This document shows, piece after piece, positions 1-9,669 of a DNA stretch of 64,000 nucleotides. The position numbers and the translations under genes are program-made. The stretch comes from Thermoguttaceae bacterium (GTDB taxonomy: Bacteria; Planctomycetota; Planctomycetia; Pirellulales; Thermoguttaceae). Numbering within the stretch: the stretch's first letter is position 1; each line of letters opens with the position of its first letter. Below the pieces are notes generated by a model. That model did not search any database. It saw only the letters and a list, made by a program, of their open reading frames with translations, and was not told the origin of the DNA. Location of the stretch: assembly GCA_040772845.1 (NCBI GenBank), contig JAXGXG010000001.1, positions 1,470,211 to 1,534,210 of the forward strand. Reading direction: 5' to 3'.

Positions 1-1423
1 CGCCCGCCCGTACGGGCAGGCATCGGGAAGCGGACTTCGGTAGCCTGGCCCTTCACAAGGGTGATCTGTTGTTCCTGCTGCGAAGTTGGAACGTAGTAGT
101 CGGCCCCGCGATAGATGGCAGTGACCACGGCCGGGCCATCCATCCGCCCCTCCAGACGCAATACCACCTCGCCGGAATCGAACGCCGTCGCCGAACTGCT
201 CGCCTGCTCAAGCGGTTTTCCCTCGGCCGTGAGGAACTTGAGCGAGTCGAGCACAAGCGACGTCCCCTTGCCGAAGGTTGAGAACGCCAGTCGAAGCGGC
301 GCCGCCGGATCGAGCTTTTCAACCTGACGAAGGTCGTACCGGCGCGTGCCGGTCGCGTCGGTCTCAGGCTCCAGTACGGCAAGGACATGGTCCATTTGGG
401 CATCGGGGATGAACAGCGACCACCGGCTCGCCTTACCGACCGCAACCTCCACAATCGGCGTCCGCCGCCAATCGACGGCGAACGTCCCGACCGCGAACCC
501 GCTGTCGGCACAGACGTTCTTGTGGGCAATCTTCAGTTTGCCCTGGTCCTCGGCGACACTCGCGCCGTATCCTCGCCAGGTGGGCAGCGAAATCCGCTCT
601 TCCACCGATTCCACCTGCCACCGGTCGCCGGCCCGATCCCATCGCGGGCGTCGTGTGCATACGAGCTGCTCCATGCGCCACGAGCTAGCCGGCTGCCGCG
701 TCGTCGTTGCGGCAGGCCACAGGGTGTCGATTGTTGCGACGGCCTCGCGTTTCGCCGCCCAAACCGCGGCGCGGCACAGCAACTGGTAGTAGGCCTCCCA
801 GTCGCGATAGTCCACCTGCTCGAATGGAACGAGAGGCGTCAGGCAGCCCACCCGCGCGGCATACGACAGGCTGACGATCCGCCCTTCACCGCACCGGCCG
901 GTATGGATATCCGGTCGGCAGCCTTCAGGCAGGCGATCGAGCGGCAGCCCGATTTCGAGGAACGCGGCCGAATCCGCCGCATGGATCACCTCACCCGTAT
1001 GGAGTGTCGCGGTCGCCTCGACGTTCAATACACCTGTCCCTTGCCGTGCCTTCGCAACCAGCAATCGCTGTGTTTGTTCGGGCAGCTTCGCCAGCGGCGC
1101 CTTGCTCAGAAGAACGATGTCGTAGGACTTCTCTGCCAGCAATTTGCCGAACTCATTCGCCACGTCGTCATGCAGAAGCGGATCCTGAAACGTCACCAGG
1201 TCGTACTCCAGATCGAGCCGCTGCGCCAATTCCACGACATCGCGCTGGCCGGGAATGGGCGTCAGGCAAAGGGCCTTCAGCGGACCGCCGGGCAGCGGCT
1301 TGGCCCAGGCAACGTGTGGCGTCACGATCGGGTCCGACACCCGCTGGAAACGCTCGGGCTCCCCGCCAGCGGCCCAGGAGGACATAACAGCAGTGACAAG
1401 CAGAGCACAAGTGCGAATCTTCA
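1..1423 (-). CDS. Large secreted hypothetical protein, N-terminal ~474 aa (gene continues past window start)
   Basis: Not in the ORF track because it runs off the edge. Reverse-strand ATG at 1423 gives MKIRTCALLVTAVMSSWAAGG (signal peptide) and a non-repetitive open frame down to position 1. ATGA overlap with the stop of the upstream gene at 1421-1423. Confidence 0.55.
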
Positions 1424-2170
1424 TGGCGACGACCTCCGGCTTGCGTACGCATAAGCAATGACATTGTTCACCAGATCGAAGGGCACGCCTGCATCGCTAC
1501 GGAAGACGGCCGGAAGCTGGCTGAATACCACGCTGCCCTTGCCTGCAACACCGTCTTGAATGAGAAGAGTCGCCTGCCCTTCCGTATTACGGTCGCGAGC
1601 CAGGGCAATCTGTGCAGGCGACCACTTCTCGAACCAGCCGTAATGGCCGGTCGTCTTTCCGCCGATGAGCACGGGCCCTGCAAGCAGGGTATGGATCTCA
1701 GGGGCGGCGAACACGCTTTCGCCGTACCCCGGATGGAACTCCGCCGGAGCCGTTACGCCCACCGACTTGAGAAACTGGACCGTCTCCGGCCGAAACCTCT
1801 CGCTGCCGGCGCCGGTGTGGTAATCGAAAAAGAGCGTCCCGCCTTGTCCGAGGAACGTGCGTATCCGGTCGCACAAATGCGGATCGGTGAACAACGGTCC
1901 TTCATCGGAGTATTGGCCTACGTACAGCAGTCGCGACCGCTGCAAGTTTTCGGCCAAGGTCACGTCGATATTGCCTGGCGTGTAGAAGGCCTCGAACAGG
2001 GCAAAGTGTTCCGACAATCGGAATAGCGGGTAGACATTGGGCTTCGGTGGCGTACGGCCGTTGTTGTTGAAGATGACCGCGCGCGGCAACGGCAGCAGGT
2101 CTTGCCCAGCGGCGCCGCACCATGCCAATACCGAGACCAGCCCGGCCGCCATGAAGGACTGTGGACGCAT
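1421..2170 (-). CDS. Secreted hypothetical protein (possible class-I glutamine-amidotransferase/ThuA-like fold)
   Basis: 249-aa ORF with N-terminal signal peptide (MRPQSFMAAGLVSVLAWCGAAGQ) and non-repetitive composition. Translationally coupled (ATGA) to the downstream gene. The fold assignment is a guess. Confidence 0.55.
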   Translation of the reverse strand: MRPQSFMAAGLVSVLAWCGAAGQDLLPLPRAVIFNNNGRTPPKPNVYPLFRLSEHFALFEAFYTPGNIDVTLAENLQRSRLLYVGQYSDEGPLFTDPHLCDRIRTFLGQGGTLFFDYHTGAGSERFRPETVQFLKSVGVTAPAEFHPGYGESVFAAPEIHTLLAGPVLIGGKTTGHYGWFEKWSPAQIALARDRNTEGQATLLIQDGVAGKGSVVFSQLPAVFRSDAGVPFDLVNNVIAYAYASRRSSP

Positions 2171-2481
2171 CGGAGTTCCTCCGTTCGTGTTCTATAGGTA
2201 TCTTTGTAGTTGTCAAACACCGCTCCACCGACGCAGGGTCGGTGGTGGCGTTTTCAGTTTGAGTCATTAGTATATCGCGCCAATCCGGCGGCAACCAGTT
2301 GTGGCCGTTTGTCAGCCGTGCAAGTCCGCTGCCGCACCCGCGCAAATCCTTGACCGAACACCTTCCAGAGCGAATCCATGCCATCCCAGATTCTTTGCTC
2401 CCGAACCGGGCGTGATTGACCCGTTCTCCGACGAAGAGCAGGTTGCCGACCAGACGCACCCGATTGTTCTGGCACACGTTC

Positions 2482-3900
2482 TTAGAATCGCACGACCATG
2501 TCGAGCGAGAAGAGGAACTGGTGACTCTTCTTGCCTGCATCGAAGGCCGGGGTATCGGTCACATCGTCGCGATCTTGCCAGTCCCAGCGAACCTCGGGGC
2601 GCCAGAGGATGCATGCTCCCTGCCGGATGTTCAACCCGCATGTCAGGTTCGTGTACACTCCCGGGGCGGCCGGATTCTGTGACCGGAACCCATAGACCAG
2701 GAAACCGGTCTCGTCGCGCAATACTTCCAGGCGCATGCCGGCGCGAACTCGATCATTCACATCGTAGTAGAGATATTGCGTGAAGGCGTAAGCTTCGGCA
2801 TCGTCGAAGCCGTACTCCGGGGCGCCGCTCTGGAAGAAGTAGTCGTGGTTGAACACATACAGCAACCTGTCGGTCAGTTGGTGTTCCAGGATGGCCGAGA
2901 GGTTTGTCCGATTGAGGCTGCGGCCCGGCGCATCGGGGCCCGGCGCGCCGCTCAGGTTCTGCCAGTCGGCCCGCTCGTCCTGTTCGGGACCGAACTGGAC
3001 GGCCGCGTAGATGGACGTCCTTTCGTCCTTGCTCGTCCAGCAGACATAGCCGATGTAGCCCAACTCGTTGTTGTTGTCCTCCCAAACGTCGGAGCCGCGA
3101 TGCACACCGTGCGACGTGCTGATCTGGTCGGTCAGATCGGTCGTCAACAGGATGCCCGTCAGCGAGAAGGCAATGCCGTTGTAGGCCAGCGTGTGCGAGT
3201 AGAAGAAGTCCTCGGGAGCAAGCCCCGCTTCATAGCCGACCAGCGTAAAGAACTTGCCCATCTGGACCTTAATTCCCGGCCCGATCGGCACGAATCCTTC
3301 CACGTAGAGCTGCGGAAATGCAAGTTTGTAGAAACGGCTGTCGCGGTCCGAAACGGTCCGATCGTCCAGCCCCAGCGACTGGAACAGGAATGCATCGGTC
3401 CCATAAACCAGGTCGCCGCGAAAGCCGAACGAAAACGTCTCGGCCTCCGTATCCGCCAATCGCTCGCACAGGACATAGAGCTGATTGAACTGATACTCGT
3501 TCGCCCGGTCATTATGGCAGAGCGGGCCGTTGAAACGATCGGCCGGATCGTCCGGATTCCAACTGAACCCTTGGTCGAGCCAGCCTTCGACCGAAATACC
3601 CGTCCGCTCCGAGAAGCCTTCGGGAAACAGTAGGCGATTGAGCCGTTGGCATTCGAGCGGCTCGCTCTCATGCTCAGCTTCCGCCTCGAAATGCATCTTG
3701 CCCACCTCGTTGGCAACCACGCTGTCCACTGGCCTGGGCGCATCGGCCCGCTCGTTTTCCGCCAGGTAGGAAGCGGACGGGGCCGGCTCCGACGCCTGCG
3801 GCAAAGTCGCCGCAATCGCCAAAGTCGCTACCGTCAGCAGCCCCACAAAGAGGCCCAAACGGAAGAAACTCGCAGAGAATGACGCGGTTCGAGGCTTCAT
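2482..3900 (-). CDS. Outer-membrane beta-barrel protein (porin-like)
   Basis: 472 aa with signal peptide, alternating amphipathic Y/F/G-rich segments and a C-terminal aromatic residue (..SLDMVVRF), typical of OM beta-barrels. Confidence 0.6.
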   Translation of the reverse strand: MKPRTASFSASFFRLGLFVGLLTVATLAIAATLPQASEPAPSASYLAENERADAPRPVDSVVANEVGKMHFEAEAEHESEPLECQRLNRLLFPEGFSERTGISVEGWLDQGFSWNPDDPADRFNGPLCHNDRANEYQFNQLYVLCERLADTEAETFSFGFRGDLVYGTDAFLFQSLGLDDRTVSDRDSRFYKLAFPQLYVEGFVPIGPGIKVQMGKFFTLVGYEAGLAPEDFFYSHTLAYNGIAFSLTGILLTTDLTDQISTSHGVHRGSDVWEDNNNELGYIGYVCWTSKDERTSIYAAVQFGPEQDERADWQNLSGAPGPDAPGRSLNRTNLSAILEHQLTDRLLYVFNHDYFFQSGAPEYGFDDAEAYAFTQYLYYDVNDRVRAGMRLEVLRDETGFLVYGFRSQNPAAPGVYTNLTCGLNIRQGACILWRPEVRWDWQDRDDVTDTPAFDAGKKSHQFLFSLDMVVRF

Positions 3901-3939
3901 ACCACCCTTATCGGCTCTCGCACGCCTGGATTCGACATC

Positions 3940-4602
3940 GTGTCTCTCTGTATGGTCGGTTCCTTTCTCTGCGCCGGATCAACAAACCACCGGAGCACGC
4001 GCCGGAAAGCGACACATAGTGCATGGCTGTTCGCAACCTCAGACCGCACGGGGCGCATCATCCAAGACGGCTGCGCGGCAACCCCAAAAACCGGCGAGCA
4101 AGCACCGAGCGCCGTTCGACTGGCCTGCCGCGTCCTCCTGGCGGAAGACGGTCAGGACAACCAACGGCTCATTTCTTTCGTGCTCAAAAAGGCCGGCGCG
4201 GAGGTTACCCTGGCCGAAAACGGCCGGATTGCCTGCCAGAAAGCCCTCGACGCCTGTTCACCCCCGGAACCCGGCGACGAAGACGAGAATGCGGCCAAGG
4301 GCGGCGGCGCCGCCCCGTATGACGTCGTCCTCATGGACATGCAGATGCCGGTGATGGACGGTTACGCCGCCGCGGGCGAGCTGCGGAAGGCCGGATACAC
4401 CGGCCCGATCATTGCCCTGACCGCACACGCAATGAGACACGACCAGCAGAAGTGCCTTGACGCAGGCTGCGACGACTACCTGGCGAAACCTTTCGAGCGC
4501 GACGCGCTGCTGGCCATGGTCGCCCGGTACGCCCGCCATGACGCCACGGACAGCGCCTGTTCTGCGCCCACCGCACCGCCCGCCGCAGAAACGGCTCGAT
4601 AA
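3940..4602 (+). CDS. Stand-alone response-regulator receiver (CheY-like) protein; true start probably downstream of 3940
   Basis: Receiver signature RVLLAEDGQDNQRL ... YDVVLMDMQMPVMDGY ... IIALTAHA ... KPF. The first ~60 codons are low complexity and leave only 39 bp to the divergent gene, so the start is uncertain. Confidence 0.5.
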   Translation: MSLCMVGSFLCAGSTNHRSTRRKATHSAWLFATSDRTGRIIQDGCAATPKTGEQAPSAVRLACRVLLAEDGQDNQRLISFVLKKAGAEVTLAENGRIACQKALDACSPPEPGDEDENAAKGGGAAPYDVVLMDMQMPVMDGYAAAGELRKAGYTGPIIALTAHAMRHDQQKCLDAGCDDYLAKPFERDALLAMVARYARHDATDSACSAPTAPPAAETAR

Positions 4603-4624
4603 TTGAACAGCCTTTGCAGAGGAC

Positions 4625-5689
4625 CTACGGCGCCGAGACGATATGGCCGTCGCTTCTGGCGCCCATATGCCGGAAGAGAACCGTCTCGATGTTCTCGCTG
4701 ATGAATCGGACCGATCCGTCGGCTAGCCCGAAATGGGCGCCGCCGACATGCTCGCTTCCGGGCGATTCGAAGAATCCGTTGTTCATTCCACCGGGATTCC
4801 CGCAAGTGATGTCGGTATCGAAGATCGTAGCCACACCGCCATTCGCCCACCCGTCCTGGCTCGGCGTATCGCCGCACCCGCCCTCTACCAATCGCTGCAT
4901 TTCACCGACTAGCAACGTGTTGGATGTGCCGTCACGTGCGTCCTCCAATCGGATCGACTGGTTCCATTCGAACATGCCCTTCATGGTCTCGTCATAGGAA
5001 CCGCACACATTGCTGACCGGCACGGCGATAACATGGGTACAGTCGGGCGGCGTTCCGCCGGCGTTGTAGAAGCCGTTCACTCCGCCGAGGCTGCCGCCGT
5101 AATCGGTTCCGCCGGCCTGGGCGTGCATAAACATGATGGCCGTGTCCTGGCCTCGCACTCCACTTCGCCGACTGGGGCAATAGAGTGTAGCGATGTCGGT
5201 TTGGGCTACCGTAGCGTTGGCCGCCACATTCTTGCTGAAGTCCCACCGGTCGAACAGGTTCCGCTGTTCGATGTAGGGCAGCAGTTGCAGAATCCAACTG
5301 GTGCCATGACTGCCCGACCGGGCTTCGCCCCAGATGTCGTGTCCGCCGACGAACGAATGAATGTTCACCGAAGAAATGACGCCGGGCGGCAGCGCCTCCC
5401 TCGCGGCATGGTAACTGTGCAGCGCCAACGCCAGTTGCTTGAGGTTGTTCTGACACTGCATCCGTCGCGCCGCTTCCCGCGCCGCCTGCACCGCCGGCAG
5501 CAGCAGCGCGATCAAAATGCCGATAATCGTGATGACCACCAGTAACTCAACGAGCGTAAAACCGTGTAGGGGCCAGGCGAAGCCGTATCCCCTTAGAGGC
5601 TTCGCCTTACTTCGCCTCCACGCCCGGAAGCGTTTGCAGTGTCCGCGCGGATTGCCGTTTCGGATTCCTTCATTGACGTGAATCTGCAT
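4625..5689 (-). CDS. DUF1559 protein with prepilin-type N-terminal cleavage/methylation domain (Planctomycete-expanded family)
   Basis: [51 protein letters not shown] is the class-III signal / type IV pilin-like N-terminus followed by the DUF1559 body. Start chosen at ATG 5689 (MQIHV..) because it is preceded by AGGGGAA; ORF-track start is 5740. Confidence 0.8.
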   Translation of the reverse strand: MQIHVNEGIRNGNPRGHCKRFRAWRRSKAKPLRGYGFAWPLHGFTLVELLVVITIIGILIALLLPAVQAAREAARRMQCQNNLKQLALALHSYHAAREALPPGVISSVNIHSFVGGHDIWGEARSGSHGTSWILQLLPYIEQRNLFDRWDFSKNVAANATVAQTDIATLYCPSRRSGVRGQDTAIMFMHAQAGGTDYGGSLGGVNGFYNAGGTPPDCTHVIAVPVSNVCGSYDETMKGMFEWNQSIRLEDARDGTSNTLLVGEMQRLVEGGCGDTPSQDGWANGGVATIFDTDITCGNPGGMNNGFFESPGSEHVGGAHFGLADGSVRFISENIETVLFRHMGARSDGHIVSAP

Positions 5690-5808
5690 AGTTCCCCTGT
5701 GGCGTACATTGTTGTTGGCTCGGCCGGCCAATAGAATCAACTACCCGGCGCATGACGCACACGATCGCGAGGTACTCGGAGCATCGCTGTCGTGACGTCC
5801 AACTCCGT

Positions 5809-6712
5809 TCAGTGACGCGACCGTCGATTTGGCAGCAAAAAGAAGGCCACGCCCAAAACCAACAAGGTCAGCGAGCCCGGTTCCGGCACGGCAACCAGAA
5901 ATTGGTCCACGTCCAACAACGTATCGGAAAAACGAATCTCGTCGATCCAGCCATTCCAGCAGTTGCCGTTATTGCGCCCGCCGACATGTAGCACGCCCCC
6001 GTCGTAGAAGATAGCGCCGGTGCCTCCCGGATTGGGGACCAGCGTGCCGACGTTTGCGTAATCCATAAACAGGTTGAACTCAGGAGTGGCCATCGACCCA
6101 TCGTACGTGACGGCAATGTGATGCCACTGCCCGTCCATGACAACCGGCCCCTGGACCGATTGGTTGAAGCCGGGGTCGCCGTTCGGGCCTGCCGGGTTAA
6201 CGTCCGTATCGGCGCGGAGCAGCAGATTGCCGCTGGGGTTCGTCTGCAATATCCAGCTAGCGTTGCTTCCAGCTCGGGTCTTCCTTGCAATAACGCGATA
6301 CAAGTCGTCCAATTCGCCTTCCGACTTGACAAACATCTCAAACGTAAAGACATTCGGCTGCGTTAGTTTCGGAGTATTAACGGTGTCGTCGACATCGAAC
6401 CGATTGTTGCCCAAGGTAACCGTATAAAGCGACATGTCGTTGACAACGCGGCCCCCGGCAATTCCATCTTGAATCTTCTCCATCTTGAATCTTCGATCCC
6501 GGCACGTGGTCGGTGTACACCATTGCCCCAGAGCCACTGCCTCCTTCGGCGCCCTGCATAATCGTATTGTTAAACTCGCTGGTCACCGTTGTGGCTTCCG
6601 CGCCAAGCACACCGTTCTCCAAACGCCAATAGGCGATCGTCTCGGCAACCGAGGACGACGCACCGCCACTGACCAGAATTGCAAGCACAACGGCGCCGGA
6701 GAGCCTATTCAT
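5809..6712 (-). pseudogene. LamG/concanavalin-like lectin domain protein with PEP-CTERM anchor, frameshifted by a 16-bp tandem duplication
   Basis: N-terminal piece (ORF 6377..6760 from [20 protein letters not shown], a signal peptide) and C-terminal piece (ORF 5809..6537) both contain KIQDG at the junction. The C-terminus ..VAVPEPGSLTLLVLGVAFFLLPNRRSRH is a PEP-CTERM sorting signal. Removing one 16-nt repeat copy restores a single 296-codon frame. Confidence 0.6.
6464..6495. repeat. 16-bp tandem duplication (2 x CCATCTTGAATCTTCK) inside the PEP-CTERM LamG gene
   Basis: Plus strand reads ccatcttgaatcttct ccatcttgaatcttcg. On the coding strand the second copy shifts KIQDG-IAGGRVV.. to KIQDG-EDSRWN..stop. 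Confidence 0.7.
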
Positions 6713-7119
6713 CGCCAACTCTCTCACAAAAACGAGTGGAAAACTTGCGAAGACCACCAATCAGGATATGCGGACTTTCCTGTGGACGCGACGCCCGGGG
6801 CATCGTCGCCCTCAATCACCTCGATCATGGCCGATCGCAACGTTGCCAGGGTAACAAGACTCGGGAAGGTTGTCAAACGAAGTGGCTGTCCGCATGCCCC
6901 CCTCCCCTTCTGCTGGCATTGTGTTATGCTCAGTCCATTCGGTGGCCGGAAGGCAGGGCGCCCGAGGGGGGGTTGCCGTGGAGAATTCGGCGCCGAAGGG
7001 GGCTTGCCCCGGAACGTGAAACTTTGTACACTACCTCTAGTGTCCGGAATTCGTTCCCGCCTACCCCCGCGAGGTTGATGGTTTCCGCTACCCTCTCCAA
7101 ACCCAGGTCGAGACAAGCA

Positions 7120-8178
7120 ATGGCCAAGAAAAGCACCAAAACCGCCCCCAGCAGTTCCAAGAAGGATCCCGCCCACGCCATCTTCGACGGCCACCCGTCG
7201 CTGCAGAACACCGTGGCCCAAATCGAGAAGCAATATGGCGAAGGGGCCATCATGCCGCTCGGCGCCGAACAGACGGCAAGAATTGCAGGCATTCCGACAG
7301 GCAGCCTGTCGCTCGATATCGCATTGGGCGGGCAGGGCGTTCCGCGAGGCCGGATTATCGAGATCTTCGGCCCCGAATCGAGCGGAAAGACCACGCTGGC
7401 CCTCCACGTGGTTGCCCAGGCGCAGCGCAGCGGCGGTATCGCCGCATTCGTCGATGCAGAACACGCGTTGGACCCGAGTTGGGCGAAGAAACTGGGCGTC
7501 GAGCTGGAGACCTTGCTGGTCAGCCAGCCGGGCTGCGGTGAAGAAGCCATGCACATCACCGAAATGCTCATCCGCAGCAATGCGGTGGACGTGGTCGTGG
7601 TCGATTCGGTAGCCGCCCTCGTGCCCCGCAAGGAACTCGAAGGCGAAATCGGCGACCAGCACGTCGGACTGCAGGCCCGACTGATGAGTCAGTCCATGCG
7701 CAAGCTGACCGGCGCCATTTCAAAGTCGAAAACGACCGTCATCTTCATCAACCAGATCCGTGAGAAGATCGGCGTCATGTTCGGATCGCCGGAAACGACG
7801 CCTGGCGGCCGGGCCCTGAAGTTCTACTGCTCGTGCCGGATCGACGTGCGGCGGATCGGCGCGTTGAAAGACGGCGAGACCGTTGTCGGCCAGCGTGTTC
7901 GCGCGAAGGTGGTCAAGAACAAGGTCGCGCCGCCGTTCCGGGTGGCCGAATTCGACATGATGCACGACAATGGAATCAGCTACGAAGGCGACATCCTTGA
8001 CTTGGCCCAGACCCACAAGATGATCACACGCACCGGCGCCTGGTTCCGTTACGGCGACCAACAGCTTGGCCAAGGACGCGAGAAGACACGCGAATACATG
8101 AAAGAGAATCCCGAGTTCGTTGCCGATTTGCGCGAGAAAATCTTGGTTGCCGAGGGACTCGCCGCACCGGCGTCCTAA
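7120..8178 (+). CDS. recA: Recombinase RecA
   Basis: Walker [54 protein letters not shown], i.e. the full RecA core. Start taken at MAKKSTK (7120); the ORF-track upstream extension from 6679 is Arg-rich junk. Confidence 0.95.
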   Translation: MAKKSTKTAPSSSKKDPAHAIFDGHPSLQNTVAQIEKQYGEGAIMPLGAEQTARIAGIPTGSLSLDIALGGQGVPRGRIIEIFGPESSGKTTLALHVVAQAQRSGGIAAFVDAEHALDPSWAKKLGVELETLLVSQPGCGEEAMHITEMLIRSNAVDVVVVDSVAALVPRKELEGEIGDQHVGLQARLMSQSMRKLTGAISKSKTTVIFINQIREKIGVMFGSPETTPGGRALKFYCSCRIDVRRIGALKDGETVVGQRVRAKVVKNKVAPPFRVAEFDMMHDNGISYEGDILDLAQTHKMITRTGAWFRYGDQQLGQGREKTREYMKENPEFVADLREKILVAEGLAAPAS

Positions 8179-8210
8179 GTCTCGAACGTCCCGTTCCCGG
8201 GAAGACCCCA

Positions 8211-9662
8211 ATGCGTATTCGCCGCATGTTTATTCCGGCCCTCCTCATTGCCGTTCCGTGGGCCGCTTCGGCCCAGGAGGGCGCCGGGCCGGATTTGCTG
8301 GAAACGCTCGAGCGTTCGATGACCGGCGCGATCGAGCAGGCGGAGCGTTCGGTGGTGGCCATTGCACGCGTCCGGAAGGCCCAGCCGGGCGAGACCTTTC
8401 CGCTGGAGTTTCGCCCGGACCCGTTCGGCCGCCGTCTTGCCCCGGCCCCGGCCCCTCAGCCGACCGATCCCGATTTCATCCCCAGCGCCTACGGCACGGG
8501 GGTGGTCGTCGATGCGCGCGGCTTGATCCTCACGGCAAACCACGTGCTTCAGGAGGACAGCGAGTATTACGTGACCACACACGACCGCAAGGTCTACCAG
8601 GCGTGGGTCAAAGGCGCCGACCCCCGAAGTGACCTGGCCATTTTGGCCATCGAAGCCGGCAATCTGCTGCCTATCCGGTTTGGCGACGGCGCCAAGGTGC
8701 GGCGCGGTCAGCTTGTAATCGCCTTAGGGAACCCGTATGCCATTGCCCGCGACGGGCAGTTCAGCGCAAGTTGGGGAATCGTCTCGAATCTCGCCCGCAA
8801 GGCCCCGCCCTCTCCGAATGAGTTCGACTCGTCCGGGCGCGATACGCTGCACCATTTCGGCACGTTGATCCAAACCGACGTCCGGCTGACGCTGGGCGCC
8901 AGTGGGGGCCCTCTTCTCGACCGCCAGGGCCGGATGATCGGGCTGTGTGTCGCCCTGGCCGCCACAACCGGCCACGAAATGGCCGCCGGCTACGCAATTC
9001 CGGTCGACGCCACCTTCCACCGCGTCCTGGCAACCCTCAAAGAAGGACGCGAGGTTGAATATGGATTCCTCGGGGTCCGCCCCACCAACCTACCGCCCCG
9101 CGAAATCCACGCAGGCCGTCATGGAACACGACTGACCGAGGTGGTGCCCGGCACGCCTGCCGATCGCTTCGGACTCCGGGAAGGAGACATTCTGACCGCA
9201 GTCAACGGCAAACCGATCCACGAGGCCGACGGCCTGTACCTCGAGGTGGGCAAACTACCGGTCGAAGCGGTCGCCCACCTGACCATTCTACGCGACGGTC
9301 GCCCGCGGCAGATCGACGTGCAACTGTCGAAATACCCGGTGCGCGGCCGCAAGGTGGTTACGGCGCCGCGTCCGGCGTGGCGAGGCATGCGGGTGGATTA
9401 CCCCACGGCATGGCTCGACGCGGCGCGCCAGTCGTCCCGTCTGCCGGCCTTCGACGAAGGCGTCATCGTGACCGACGTGGAGGAACACTCGCCTGCCTGG
9501 GAGGCCGGACTGCGCCCCGGGGCGCTCGTCAGCCATATCGAAAACACGGCCGTGCGCAATCCGGACCAGTTCCACGCCGCCCTGGCGGGCAAGGCAGGCG
9601 AAGTCGCCCTGCGCCTGCCCGACGACCGCCGGCAGCCGGTTCGCACCGTACCGCCCGAGTAG
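8211..9662 (+). CDS. HtrA/DegP-family periplasmic serine endoprotease (trypsin-like domain + 2 PDZ)
   Basis: Signal peptide, catalytic His (LTANHV), Asp (DLAIL) and Ser (GASGGPL) motifs, then two PDZ-like segments. Confidence 0.85.
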   Translation: MRIRRMFIPALLIAVPWAASAQEGAGPDLLETLERSMTGAIEQAERSVVAIARVRKAQPGETFPLEFRPDPFGRRLAPAPAPQPTDPDFIPSAYGTGVVVDARGLILTANHVLQEDSEYYVTTHDRKVYQAWVKGADPRSDLAILAIEAGNLLPIRFGDGAKVRRGQLVIALGNPYAIARDGQFSASWGIVSNLARKAPPSPNEFDSSGRDTLHHFGTLIQTDVRLTLGASGGPLLDRQGRMIGLCVALAATTGHEMAAGYAIPVDATFHRVLATLKEGREVEYGFLGVRPTNLPPREIHAGRHGTRLTEVVPGTPADRFGLREGDILTAVNGKPIHEADGLYLEVGKLPVEAVAHLTILRDGRPRQIDVQLSKYPVRGRKVVTAPRPAWRGMRVDYPTAWLDAARQSSRLPAFDEGVIVTDVEEHSPAWEAGLRPGALVSHIENTAVRNPDQFHAALAGKAGEVALRLPDDRRQPVRTVPPE

Positions 9663-9669
9663 CGACCGC

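Noticed and set aside
387-1454. 355-aa plus-strand ORF (and other ORFs 53..1464)
   Set aside because: Arg/Pro-rich, no recognisable domain, entirely antisense to a well-behaved signal-peptide gene on the minus strand that runs off the window (1..1423). High-GC artefact.
3940-4130. N-terminal 60 codons of the response-regulator ORF
   Set aside because: Low-complexity, and they leave only 39 bp to the divergent porin-like gene. Probably not translated, but no alternative ATG/GTG/TTG start is available, so the full ORF is kept as a feature with reduced confidence.
6679-7119. N-terminal 147-codon extension of recA in the ORF track
   Set aside because: Arg-rich, overlaps the promoter region. RecA homology starts at MAKKSTK (7120).
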